Source: Lama guanicoe
Lineage: Eukaryota
Assembly (NCBI GenBank): GCA_013239625.1
Contig: MU054323.1
Span: 14,245,950-14,309,949, forward strand
Length of the DNA: 64,000 bases
Reading direction: 5' to 3'
Under the pieces are notes generated by a model. The model saw only the letters and a list, made by a program, of their open reading frames with translations, was not told the DNA's origin and did not search any database. Below, in pieces: positions 24,681-37,285 of the stretch. The position numbers and the translations under genes were made by a program. Position 1 is the first letter of the stretch, and every line of letters starts with the position of its first letter.

Positions 24681-27141
24681 ATCTGGAACATCAATAATTA
24701 ATAGGATTAAATAAAGCAGGTAAGGTAGAATCTCTCTTTGGAAGCTGTATAATTTTTGAACTTTTGATGTATACAAGCTAAGAAGAATCCTGTGGATGGA
24801 ATTTTGACACTATGCTTATGGGTGGCAAGTAGGAATGGAGGCCTTTTCCTTATCAGTAATAGTACAGCAGTGCAAACAAATGAGGTCCAGAAAGATAAGA
24901 AGCAACCTTATGTTTAAGAGATACAAAATAGTCCAAAATACAATGTTTGCAATAAGAATAAGAAAGATAAGTTTCTCTTTAAAAAATAAAAGATACTTTT
25001 TATTTATATTATTTCACAATACATAGATGAAGACAAGAAAAAAGGAGAAGCTAAGAAAAAATAGATATGGAAAAAATTTTAAAATGAATATTGTTCATTC
25101 ATCTCAAGGATAGTATCAGGTAGATGCACTAAACACAGAGAAAATTGATAAAAAAATAAAAACCTTCATAGTATATTTCCATCTTGTAAATTCTCAGGGA
25201 ACATTTATTAAAAGATGTACAGGCCCTTCGTCACTGAAGAGTCATATGTGCAAGTGTGTAAAATCAGGGAAAGATCTGATCTGGCTCATGGGCCCTAGTC
25301 TCCCCAGATCCTTTGTGGTCATGAGAAGAATGGAAAACTAAAATGTTGTTGCTTAGGAGACCGTGTGGATTCAGTTTAAGTTGTCTTAATTGCATGATAT
25401 TTGAAAAAGCTCTTTGGTTTTTCAGTAAAATGAGTTGGAAAAGGGTGGTGAATTAAAAGCCAAATAAAGAAATTACTAATTGAGCAATTTTGGGTATTAG
25501 CAAGAGAAGTATTTTTAGGTTGAGTTGTGTTGGTCTCTTATAAATCATATAGGCTAGGCTTATATATTAGGCGAATTGTGTTGTGAGAATATCTAGCAAA
25601 TTGAACATTTTTCAATGCAATGCTGATTTAAAAACAAAAGATCCCCACCCTAAAATGCATAGCCAACGAGGAAATGTTTAGGAATAGCTAATTTGTTTAC
25701 CATCTCTCTCTCTCTCTCTCTCTTTTTTTTTTAACTACCCGGGATATTTAAGAAAATCAGGGACATCTTATATACTTTTGTAATTGTCATCGGCAGTGCC
25801 TTCCACGAATCAAGGATTGGGTTAAAATACACCTGGTCTTTGTACTTGGTCTCTATTGGCTACAGAATTAGAAAAAGCTGCTGTGCCTATTTTTCCGTCT
25901 TCAGTGAATTGTTAAGGGATCCTACAGGTTTATGCTTCAGCAGGACACTTTTGCTCATCAGGCCATATAAACATATTAAAATCACCCATAATTATTTCTC
26001 ATTTTTCTAGGAGATTATTTTCCCCATTATATTCATCTCGACTTGAAATAGCACATAGGTTATTTAGATCCACCTCATAAAAGTCAGCATGTGACGGTTC
26101 ATTAGATAAAACTCAGATCAGTCATCTTGGAATTTTTCTACTATGTTTTGTGGGAGAAAGCACAGCTGAAGTTCATCAGATGGTTGGCTACATATCAGTT
26201 GTGACTGTGATATGCCATGGAATTGGTATTCAAGAGTGGAGAACACCACATGGAGAGATCTGTGCAGGAGAAATGAGACAGTGAGCTTTTGAAGCACTGT
26301 TAAAACAGTATACAAATCTCTGTTTTCATAATTTTTATGTAGAAGCGGCTCAACAAATATTTAAGTTAAAACAAAAGTATTTATAATATTTCATTGCAAG
26401 AAATTATATCCTAGGTTTTGTCGAGATGAGGAATTCTTCTCTAATTGTCCATTGGCAGACCAGTTTCTCCATGGCTTGGGTGGCTCTGGGCTGGGCAGCA
26501 ACAGCCCTCATCCCTTTGTGGATTTTTTGACTCACTGTGTAAGGGGCAGAAGGAAGCCCAGCAACAATGGCCTGAGCATGTAACATGACAGTCTGTTTTG
26601 TGCAGGCAGGAAGAAAGGAAAATTGTCTGAAATACCCACAGCAAGATGCACTGCAGATAAGAAACTGTCATTAGCAGAATGAGACATTAAATGAGAAAAA
26701 TCATGCTTCAGCATTTCTTAACATTTGCCGATAAGGACAGGCAGGCTGAGTCAAATGCTCACTTTAACTTCTGCTGCAAGTACCCTGCGGCATCAGTGCC
26801 TGCTCCTCACGTCAGCACTCCACTTGCCTTGGCAGCCACAACCAGTCTGCTGCTTCAGAAAATAAAAACCTACCTTTTAATAGAAATTTCATCCAGATGC
26901 ATTTTTATCACTGAGGCAACTAATATGGAAAAATACGAATTTTTTTCATAATTTAATAAAGTATGAAAAGCATTTTTAAAATTCACATCATAAAAAGAGA
27001 AAATGTGTTTCCAAGGTAAGGGAAAGTCCAAGAGCAGAAAAATTAGCTCCTAACAAAATCTGTCATAGGGTAGACTGAACACTGAGTGAAAAAACATTAA
27101 TGAGATGATCTGAGAAAGCCAGAATATCTACTCTAAGTAAG

Positions 27142-27142
<1 letters not shown>

Positions 27143-27176
<34 letters not shown>
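27143..27176. repeat. (TG)17 microsatellite
   Basis: Direct reading. Confidence 0.98.
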
Positions 27177-27179
<3 letters not shown>

Positions 27180-27429
27180 ACACATACTCACATATGTATA
27201 AAAAGTTCTGAGTATGTTTGAGAAAATCTTTTTTTTAAAGAAGTAATAGAATTAAAAAAGAGAATGGCGATGTAGAATAAGGAAATAGACTTTTGCTGTT
27301 CTCTACATTTAGGTGAGGTAATTTTCAAGGCCCCTCTTTCTCAGATTCCTCCACTGGTTCTGTCATGGTGCCCCCATGCCACATCACTTCTTAGAAGCTT
27401 CAATTTCAATGTAAATGTCATATGGAAAG

Positions 27430-27797
27430 AGTCTTAGTCTGCTCAGGCTGCTGTATCAAACTACCGTGGTGGCTTAAATATTAAGACTGGTGGCTTAAAT
27501 AACAAATATTTTTTTCTCATTGTTCTGGAGATCAGGGTGTCAGCATGGTTGGGTTCTGGTGAGAGCACACTTCCTGGTTTGCAGACTGCTGCTTTCTCCC
27601 TGTGTGCTCAGAGTGAGAGAGATCTCAAATCTCTTTCTCTTTTTATAAGGGCACTGATCCCATCATGAAGCCCTACCCTCATGATCTAATCTAACCCTAA
27701 ATACCTTCCAAAGATCCCATCTCCAAATACTACAATATTAGGGATTAGGGCTTCAGCATATGGATTTGTGGGGGACTCAAACATTCAGTCCATAGCA
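27430..27797 (-). mobile_element. MaLR solo LTR (MLT1A-like)
   Basis: 'gtcttagtctgctcaggctgctg...ccatctccaaatac...aaacattcagtccatagca'; 5-bp flanks gaaag/gaagg; internal duplication of tggtggcttaaata. Confidence 0.92.
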
Positions 27798-29316
27798 GAA
27801 GGTTTAGGGTGTAAGAACAAAATAATTCATTTGGTCATTTATGTAAGTAAATAGCTCTAAGGGAAGTGTTGTTGTACAGGTACTGTTGGGTGTGTAGAAG
27901 GCAGGGAGAGGAGGAGCTATCTAGAAAACAGGCAGATAAGGGAACCACAAGTGGGCTGAGGAGTTGCTAGGAAATCAAGAACCTCAGTGTCTGATGAAAG
28001 AGCAAAGGGAAATTGGATGGGAAGGGGAGCAGTCACTGATAATAAAACATTTTGTTTACTTACTAGCTTTGCTTAAGGAAAGTCCCATTACAGGCAGATT
28101 TTTAGATTTTTTTCAAAAGCTTTTTCTTTCTCTGAAGCAAGGCTGTCTGAAATATGATTTGGAATCTTGATGTTAGTCCCATTCACCACAGATATACAGA
28201 TTCTAAGTGTTCTGGCTGTAGATGATGAAGCCAGACTTGTCTCTTCTGGGAACTCATATTCTGAATTTTCATATGTCTGAAGAGCTGGGTACAAACAAAG
28301 CCCAGAATGAAAAAATGAATGTGTGCATATTACTAATTAATTTTTGAACAAACGATAAGGACAACTCCCCAAATATTTTGAAAGACAGTCTGTAAACACA
28401 GTTTGAAAGTGGTCAACAGAAATTATTTTAGCTTAAAAGGCTTATGTTTTATTTCATAAATGAAAGTGGGAGACTTCAGAGACAACAGCTGTCACTTTTG
28501 AACATAAAGTATTAGAAGGGAAGTAGAAATTTATCTGAAGTTCACAAGTGTCTCCAGTCATCTACAATAGATGTCATTAATCATTTCCTAGTGTTTGAAC
28601 GGATGCAACTTATCCGCTATTTGGCTGAATTTTAGAGGAAAAAACTGACCTGTAAATAAACAAACAAATAAATAAATCTGCATTGGAACTAGAAGAGAGT
28701 AATTGTTATGTCCTAAAAGTTAAAGAATTATTACCATGAAGCTCTTTTTACTTTATTAAGATTCATCTAATGTATTTCTTTTGCACATTAAATATTTTGA
28801 CAGGTATCAATTAATTTTGACATTTTAAAATATTTGTTAGACTTTCAGCCCATTTGAATATGCTAGAAATTATGTTATTACTCAGCAAACTTTGTTTGCT
28901 TTAAAGGAAGGGAAACAAAGCTTATTTTTTTCCCCTGAAAGTTCTCATTTAGTATTTTTAATATCAAAACGTATTACGGCAGTATCCAGCACATGGCATT
29001 TTCTCAAATGTTGAATGAACGAGATTCGATCACATGTAACGTATTCTTGTAGAGAATAGTAGCACCATGGATTAAAGACAAAATTTTTCTGGTTTTTAAA
29101 TAAGATGTGAAGCTTCTATAAGCACCTGTTTTGAATACTGTGTCATTCTGAAACTTATAACATAATAAATATTTGAAATCACTTTCCAGATAAACCAATG
29201 AGAGAGGCAATGCCACCAAGATGGTACCCAGCTCTTTCATAATATAATAGTATTATGATACTTCAGTCTGTGCTTAAGGAATCTCTCTTTAAAGGGAGAT
29301 GTGTGTTGTGAGTGAG

Positions 29317-30023
29317 TGTTACCAAACTCAGGTTTGCCTCTTATGTCTCAAGAATTCAATACTGAGAGACAAGTGATAGATCAAAGGAAAGAGCTTTACT
29401 GAGGAAGCCTGTAATCCTTGGGAGAAGGTGGACTCATGTCCCAAAAAATGAACTTCCCATTGCTGATCAGGGGGCTAGAACTTTTAAAGGGGGATTTCAG
29501 GGATGTATAGACCTCAGCGGAGCACATGCAGAACAGCAGTTAACTCCAACAGTCATCTTGAAATTGGTCATGCAGCAATCAAGTCAGCATCATCTTGATT
29601 GTTTTAAGTACAGTTAATCTTCAATTCCAAGGTCAGTTTGTTCCCATTTCCTCAAGACCAGTTCTTGGAGTTGTGCGAGATTGAGATGTGTATGTCATGC
29701 CTACAGACTGGCCATCATGTAGATAACTTACTCCACCTGGTTGTGTTTCAGTATATGCAAACTAGCTCAAAGGATATGGCTCAGACTGTTATCTAGAGCT
29801 CTTGAGGAAGAACTAAAAGTCTTGATTTTGCTTAGTGGCTAAACTACTATTATTTTGTTTTGCTTGACTGTTTTCCTTTGTTTCTGCATTTCCTCATTTC
29901 TCTGATTAAATTCATTCTTTGACTAAAGTTTTTCTACAGACAAGAGGCAGGCAGAGGACATTTGTGGGGCTGGGGAGCAGGATTCTGTCCGGGTTACACT
30001 CCTTAGGGTCCTGCTCGGTTACA
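29317..30023 (-). mobile_element. ERV1 solo LTR, MER41-like
   Basis: TG...CA ends, perfect 4-bp TSD tgag (29313-16 and 30024-27); minus strand starts TGTAACCGAGCAGGACCCT. Confidence 0.85.
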
Positions 30024-31143
30024 TGAGTACACCATAAAGTTTCTTAAATTAGTAGTGAGGTATGGCTAAGGCTAGCATTGGAAGGGATATAGATTAATAT
30101 AGATTATATGATATTGATTCTAATTTATAATATATAATTAAATATAAAACAATAATTATAATATAGAAAACATTTGGGGAACAATTTAAACAATTTTCCT
30201 CACCACTAAATTAAAATCTGAATGATTATTCAAGAACATGTTTTTTGAAGATTGTCTAAAAACCTCCAGTTCACCAGAACAGGCTTTTTCCTCATCCTCC
30301 CTAAGTTTGCATTTGAATTACACCATGGATTTGTATTGTTATTGAAGATGAGAGGAATGATTATTAGATCAGTGAATATTGTTGTCATAAAATATGGGAA
30401 AATCCAGGCCTTGTTTGAGAATTCTTGCCCCTTGACAAGTCAATTCTGTTAATCAAACTGAAGTTACTGTGATGGAAAATGCTTCTTGAAAATTCCCAGC
30501 TTGTAGTTGAGATGGAGTCAGCCATAAAAAAGTCATAAATTTATTTCACAGATACACCTGATAAAAATTGTTGCCCAAGGACTGAAATCTCCCCGACATA
30601 CTTCTTCTTTGATTTCTTCTTCCTTGATTTCTTCTTCTTTGTCTCCTTCCTCTCCTTCATCTCCACCTCCTCATTATAATTTTCTTTTTCTTTTCTTTTT
30701 GTTGCTATTAATAACTAATAACTAATAGAGTCTCTAGCAGAGTCTATTATACAAAAATAATACCTTTATTACCAGAGGATTATTTTGTCTCAGAATCATT
30801 CACAAATATTTACCAATGTACAACTGAAAGATGACCATTTCCACTGAGGGGAACCACTTCTGGTGAAACACAACTACTCACTAGCAGGTCAGCCCTTTCT
30901 GGTGTTCAGGTCTACAACCAAAAGGGAGAATGCACATCTCCAATTTTGCCTTCAAAGAGAGTTAAAGCAGAATTTCTCTTAGCTATAGCTGTATTTTGAT
31001 ATGTGCCTGAAGTTCTTTAAAGACGGTGTCTTTACAGAAATCTCTTTTTTCATTAAGTCAGATGTGTATCTTTGAAAAATACTCACTTCCCTTTTATACT
31101 GGTTTATAGCAATCTCACCTTCATCACTGCACGTGGCATGTGG

Positions 31144-31321
31144 CAGGGCTAGCTTCACAGGTGTGTAACCTGAGCAGTAGCACAGGGCCTAGTGCTCAGA
31201 AGGGCCCTGTGTTTGGTTCAATGCTCAATTGTTGCCATTTTGAGAGTCTTAATAATTATTTAACAAGGGTCCCTGTGTTTTTATTTTGCGCTGGACCCCA
31301 TAAATGATACGGCCAGTCCTG
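31144..31321 (+). mobile_element. hAT-Tip100 MITE (MER45A-like), full length
   Basis: 'cagggctagcttcac...gctcagaagggccc...ggccagtcctg' with terminal inverted repeats. Confidence 0.85.
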
Positions 31322-32279
31322 GACTTGATAAAAAGTACAGTGTGTCATCAAGAGTCTGGATGACCTCCAAAGCCACCAGAGTCTCTAGCAATTGGGTATG
31401 TGTGTCTGTTCTGATAAGGCAATTAAGACAATGCAAACAACCAGCCTTCTTCAGAGTGTTGTGCCACTGATTATCCTCACTGAATGCAAAGTAGAGAGGT
31501 TACAGTGATTTTAATCAGAATGTGTGATTTTATATGCTGCCCAGAGTAAGAATCTTTAGCGACTGTGCACTAAATTATACCAAACTTTTGCTTATGTTCT
31601 GTTGGGAGATGGAAATGACTTATAAGCAGATAAAGGAAGAGAAGCTGGATATTACACGTGGCCACTATACCCTAACACATTCCTGACCACATGCACTGAG
31701 TGCAGTGAATGTGGAATAACCCTGAACATAATACTTATAATACCACTGAATATTTGTGTGACATCTATAGATTCTCTCACAGTAATGACCCTGAGGTTTA
31801 CTATAATTTCATATTAAATTCATAGAAGCTAGACGAGTTACCAAAAGTTGTAGAGTGAGTAACTTGAGGTAACCTTTAAAAACATGTATTCTAAATCCAT
31901 GCCCAGTGCCATTTTTAGCTCTCTGCTCCACTTGTTATAAATCTTTGAGCCTCTAATTAGAAGATCTGGCCACATAATGAGGGTTTTATCAGCGTAGATG
32001 AAGTAATCTTTTGGCTACAAGTGAGAGCCTTATCTCTAAAGAATCTCTAAAGAATTGTTCTCAGGTCAGAACAATCCTGTAGGGGGAGGGAAGGGAACAG
32101 AGCACCAAATATGTGGCAGGAAAAGAAGGGCGGAAGAGAAAGACATGGAAAGGAAACCACTGAATAGAAGAATTGAACGAAAATTTTCTGTTCATCTTGT
32201 CAATCTCATACTTCTCTACCACTCCAACCTGATGAAAAAGCCCTCTCCACAGATACTAGGAAGATCAATTTTCACTTAA

Positions 32280-34100
32280 GAAATATTTACAAATGAGCAT
32301 TTACCTCAAAATACTAGATTCTACTCCATTATTGAAGACTCTCACTGCCCGAAAGTTCTGGCTTACGTTAAACTGAAATTTGATTTGCTGTAAATTTGAA
32401 TGAAATATGATCTCTACTCTCAACTCTTCAGAGGAATACAGTTGTAAACACATAGTTCCAATGCACATGTGATAAAAGTCATAGCAGTGAAACCTGCAAA
32501 AATGGTTTAGAAAAGCATATTGCTGGAATTCCTGGATAGGGTTTCACAGAAGAATTGCTCTTTAACATGGATGGTGAATAATGGCAAATTATGAAAAGGG
32601 AGAGCACAGAAGTTTTCAGAAGTTTTCTACTAATCCTAATGATTTTTTCCCCCTAATCCACGTGACTTTTTTTTTTTTAATGTTTAAAAACTCTATCACG
32701 TCTCTTCTTGGTCTCCTTTTTGAATTAAATAACCAACTCAAAAATTATATATTGTGTGTGGCATCCACGTCTGACCCCAGAATATGAATATCCTTTTACC
32801 TATCTCTGACTATTCTCTGGTTCTTCAATGTCCCTATCAATGTGAACCACCATGGTTTAACCTCACTTTATCATATGTATTTTCCTTGCTGCACGAGACT
32901 TCATTTCCTGTCATTGGAGCATTTTCTCACATACTAAGGTTGACATTAGAGTTTGTGTCAGCAGCATCATTATTTTGTTGGCTTATGCTGAACCTATGTC
33001 TTAACTAGGTTCACTAGCATATACTTGGAAATCTAAGAAAACTTTCATGATCTTTTCTAATTTTCTCTCTTTTGTATTGACCTAAATAGAAAAAAAATGT
33101 TGCTCTTCTTGCATATTAAATTATCTTTTTACCCTATCATATTGCACTAAAAAATTTGATAACTCTGCCTCCAGTGTTTTAATTTGGAAAAATAAATCAC
33201 TAAGCAAAAAAACCAAACAAAACCCCAAAACACCATTTCAAAGCCTAAAACATAGCTATATAGCATTCCACCAGTAGCTTCCCTTCAGGTTTTAGTGGAA
33301 CTTCGTAAAAAATAAATGGGTGTCTTAAAATCACTTCATTTTGTTTTATACTAAAGAAGTTCCTAGTATATGTGTGTCTTGGTGTTAATACAGTGGATTT
33401 ACTATTACATAAGAGACTCCTAGCAATTTCATCTAAAATGTGAATGACACGGGCTTGTCATTGTGTACTGCCATTGAGTCCAGCTAGATTATAGGGGTTT
33501 TCATATACTTTTAAAAAGATCCATTAATGTTTTGCTAGAATAGTTTCTCGCTCCTAAGACTGTAATTTTCTCAAGTAACTTACTTTTTCTTTCCCCATTT
33601 GGAACACTGAATATTTGCTTAATCTCCCATTTTCTGAGCGTGCTCTCTCTCTCTCCTTTTTTCCTAATTGTTCAGACTATGACACCACTTGTGTAGTCTT
33701 TTTAGTATCGTGTTGTGTGTTCCTTCTTTTCTAGCTAACTGGAAATCTGAGATTATTTTATTACTTGTTTGCGGCCTCCAATATATTTCTATTATAAAGA
33801 TTATTTTCCTGACTCCAGAAAACAGAACTAAAATTGGATTTGAGTAGGAGTCCCTTCTACATTTGGCTGCTAGCATTTTGTTATTTTTCCATCTATTTCT
33901 CTTCATTTTATGGATGTAATATTAATTTGAATATAATACATATTTTTCTCTTTGTTGGCACTTTTTTTGAGACTTCAGCTCATTCTAACATACTTTTCCT
34001 GAACAAATTCCCTCTAAATCATGGTACTCTTTAGTACTCATTGGTGATTATGGGTTTCTCTTTCCATCTTACAAAGATTTTGAAAATCTGAGATTCTGTT
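32280..34100 (-). mobile_element. Possible scattered CR1/L3 remnants
   Basis: Weak resemblance only, e.g. 'gaaagttctggcttacgttaaactgaaattt'; boundaries are guesses. Confidence 0.3.
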
Positions 34101-34189
34101 CACTGAAGTGGGCACTTTCTGTAGTTCTATAGTTGCTAGCATTGGTTGTGAATTTTCTTTTTTGAAGCTTCACTCTCAAAAGTCATAGT

Positions 34190-34368
34190 CAGGGGAAGTT
34201 CTAGGTATTTTGAGGCCTGAAGCTTGCACAGTTGGGAAGGTGAGGGCTTCTTTAAGAAGAATAACATAATATTCCTTACTCCTAAAAATTCTATAGAACT
34301 GTGAAAGTAGCCCATGCAGGGGCCTCTGAAACTGCAGATTAATTAGGTTCATGGTGATTACACTTCTG
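34190..34368 (+). mobile_element. hAT MITE (MER53-like)
   Basis: 'gaggcctgaagcttgcacagttggg...ctttaagaag...ggggcctctgaa...ttcatggtgattacacttctg'; 8-bp flanks gtcatagt/gttatatt. Confidence 0.75.
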
Positions 34369-34439
34369 GTTATATTTCTTGTAGAATCTCTAGCCAAAGA
34401 ACTATAGCTGAGGGTTTATTTCAAAGTAACTTCAGATTG

Positions 34440-36360
34440 TCTAGCATATGTTATATGTTGAGTATAGTAATCTGACCTGATTCAAAAGCTACCCTCAACT
34501 CATAGACATGGTGAGAAAAAATAGAATAAAAATATTTTAGAATACATCACCCACCTCAAAACTAACAAAAATATCATCTTACAGTTGAGATGAAGAGGAA
34601 AATCAATTCAAGAGCATGTATCAAGAGTCACACAGGCTGCCACTTAAAAGAAAGGGAGGCTGAAACAACACTGATCAAATCTGGGAAGCAGCAGAGAAGA
34701 CTGCATCTCAGTCAGGGCTCAGGGTGTCAAAGAACTACTCCTTTGGCTCATACCAACCTTGAGGCTAAAATCTGACTTCATATCAACCATGTGTTTTCAG
34801 GTACTTTAAGAGAGAAAAATTAAAGAAAACTTGTCCTGTACCAGTGATAATCTGTGATGTTAGGCAAAAGCATCACAGATTGGCTCTATTGGGATGCTCT
34901 TATAAACTTAGACACGTGAAATCCCCAGAAAAATCATTACAGTGAGAGAGTCAAAACTTACAAATCAACTGAGGAAGAAACCACCACAATGGGAGTCAGT
35001 ACTTGACCTAAACAAGAAATTCTCCAGTGAAGACATACAAATGGTCAATAGGCGCATGAAAAAATGCTCAATATTGCTAATTGTCAGAGAAATGCAAATC
35101 AAAACTACAGTGAGGTATCACCTCACATTAGTCAGAATGGCCATCATTCAGAAGTTCACAAATGATAAATGCCTGGAGAAAAGGGAACCCTCCTGCACTG
35201 TTGGTGGGAATGTAGTTTGCTGGAGCCATTAGGGAAAACAGTATGGAGATTCCTCAAAAAACTAAAAATAGATTTACCATATGTTCCAGCAATCCCACTC
35301 CTGGGCATATATCCAAAGGGAACCTTAATTCAAAAAGATACATGCACCCTAATGTTCATAGCTGCACTGTTTACAATAGCTAAGACATGGAAACAACCTA
35401 AATGTTCATTGACAGATGACTGGATAAAGAAATTGTGGTATATTTATACAATGAAATACTACTCAGTCATAAAAAAGAATAAAATAATGCCATCTGCAGC
35501 AACATGGATGGACCTGGAGATCATCATTCTAAGTGAAGTAGGCTGGAAAGAGAAGGAAAAATACCATATGATGTCACTAATATGTGGAATCTTAAAAAAA
35601 CAAAGAGAGAGAGAGAGACAAATGAACTTATAACTTATTTACAAAACAGAAACAGACTCACAGACAGAAAACAAACTTATCATTAACAGTAGGGTAAGAG
35701 GGTGGGAAGGGATAAATTGGGAGTTTGCCATTTGCAAATACTAATATATACAAAATAGGTAAACAAGTTCATACGGTATAGCACAGGGGAACTATATTCA
35801 ATATCTTGTAACTTATGTTGTAAAAGAATATGAAAACAAATATATGTATGTTCATGTGTGACTGAAGCATTATGCTGTACACCAGAAATTCACACAATAT
35901 TTGACTATACTTCAATTAAAAAATACATATTAAAAAATGAGAAAAATTGAAGCCCACGTTACTTTGAGACACTAGAATAATCTGAATGAAAAGTAGTGTC
36001 CAAAATGATTAAAAAGATGAATAGAGATAAAAGGACAAGAGTATTATAGTATGAATAAGAAGAAATAAGAATAATTGAGAAAAGGACCAAATGTATAGTC
36101 TAGAAACAATAAAACAAGTAATATAGTTATGGGAAACATAATCTCAATAGATGGGTTGAACAATAGACTGAAAAAAAATTGTGTTTGAAGGTTAATCTGA
36201 GTACTTCTGTAGTACAAACAAATTAAAGAGAAGAAAAGCGTGAAAAAAGAGGCTAAAAATCTTGGCATACAATACAAAGTTTCAGCCTGTGTCTAGTAGA
36301 AGTTTCAGAAGGAAAGAGAAGGAAATGTTAGCGAAGAAACATTTAAAGGCACAGTGATAG
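34440..36360 (+). mobile_element. Ancient L1M/HAL1-like 5' region and ORF1 remnant, split by a younger L1
   Basis: 'aatctcaatagatgggttgaacaatagactg', 'agaagtttcagaaggaaagagaag...gaagaaacatttaaag' resemble L1 ORF1. Confidence 0.55.
35005..35940 (+). mobile_element. LINE-1 3' end (frameshifted ORF2 C-terminus, full 3'UTR, A tail)
   Basis: ORFs 34942-35232 and 35169-35633 give [38 protein letters not shown]; ends 'gactatacttcaattaaaaaa'; no TSD found. Confidence 0.95.
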
Positions 36361-36364
36361 TTCT

Positions 36365-37285
36365 AAGAGCAGATATACTTGCTTTACTTCTCATGTTGAT
36401 GAAAAAGCTTCTAAATAGTCACCATTAAGTATGTTGTTGGCTATAGAATTTAAATAAATGATAGGAAGTTTTTTTTCTGTTACTGATTTCCAAAATACCT
36501 TTTTTGTTTTATTGACCATTGCAAGCAAAATTTATTTGATGATTTTTCTGTCTGTTTCACGATGATCATATGCATTCTTCCCTCTCTTAATGGATTGTGA
36601 GGATAGACTGTTTTGCATTCCTGATAAGTAAATTTTTACACATTTTTGGAATCAATTTACTAATACAATTGAATGTATCTGAAGTTGTGACTCTGTGAGT
36701 GAATTAGCCTAGAATTGTTTTTTCTGTAGTGCCCTTGTCTAACTCTAGCATTTTAGTTCTGTGACTCTCATAAAATGAACTGGATAAACTTCCCTTCATT
36801 ATATCCTCTGGAAAAGTTGGGAAGGTCTGAGATAAACCATTTGGGAAGGTTTGCTAAACTTGCCTGTAATAGCATCTGGACTTGGTGGTGTTGGAGAGAA
36901 GAGAAAGTGGAGAGCATTTGACTGCCTGTTTCATTTATTTAGTGCCTATTGATCCATTCAGTTCCAGTTTCTTCTTGAGATAATTTGGTCATATGTTTAT
37001 TAATTTTATAAAATTTCAATCATATATATGCTTTATAATTTATTGGCATTAAATCATTTATTTGTTTATGATTTAAAATATAATTACTATATTATATATA
37101 TACATACACACTCATATACACACATATATGCACTACAGTACATATATATGTGAATAGATATAGTGCATAAATCATGTGTGTATATAGAGGTATGTTTCTC
37201 TCTTTGATCAACTTTGCTTGAATTTTGTCTATTTTATTCATCTTGTAATATGGCAGATATTTCATTTTATAACAAAATTTGACAT
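36365..37285 (-). mobile_element. Old L1M ORF2 internal fragment with (TA/CA)n expansion at about 37090-37185
   Basis: 'tcaccattaagtatgttgttggctatag'; translated NKIDKIQAKLIKER resembles L1 ORF2 KIDRPLARLIKK. Confidence 0.7.

Noticed and set aside
30723..30749. Imperfect 11-bp hairpin
   Set aside because: One mismatch in AT-rich sequence and too short for a pre-miRNA
32032..32054. Short tandem duplications (atctctaaaga x2; also near 3121 and 44243)
   Set aside because: Ordinary slippage duplications
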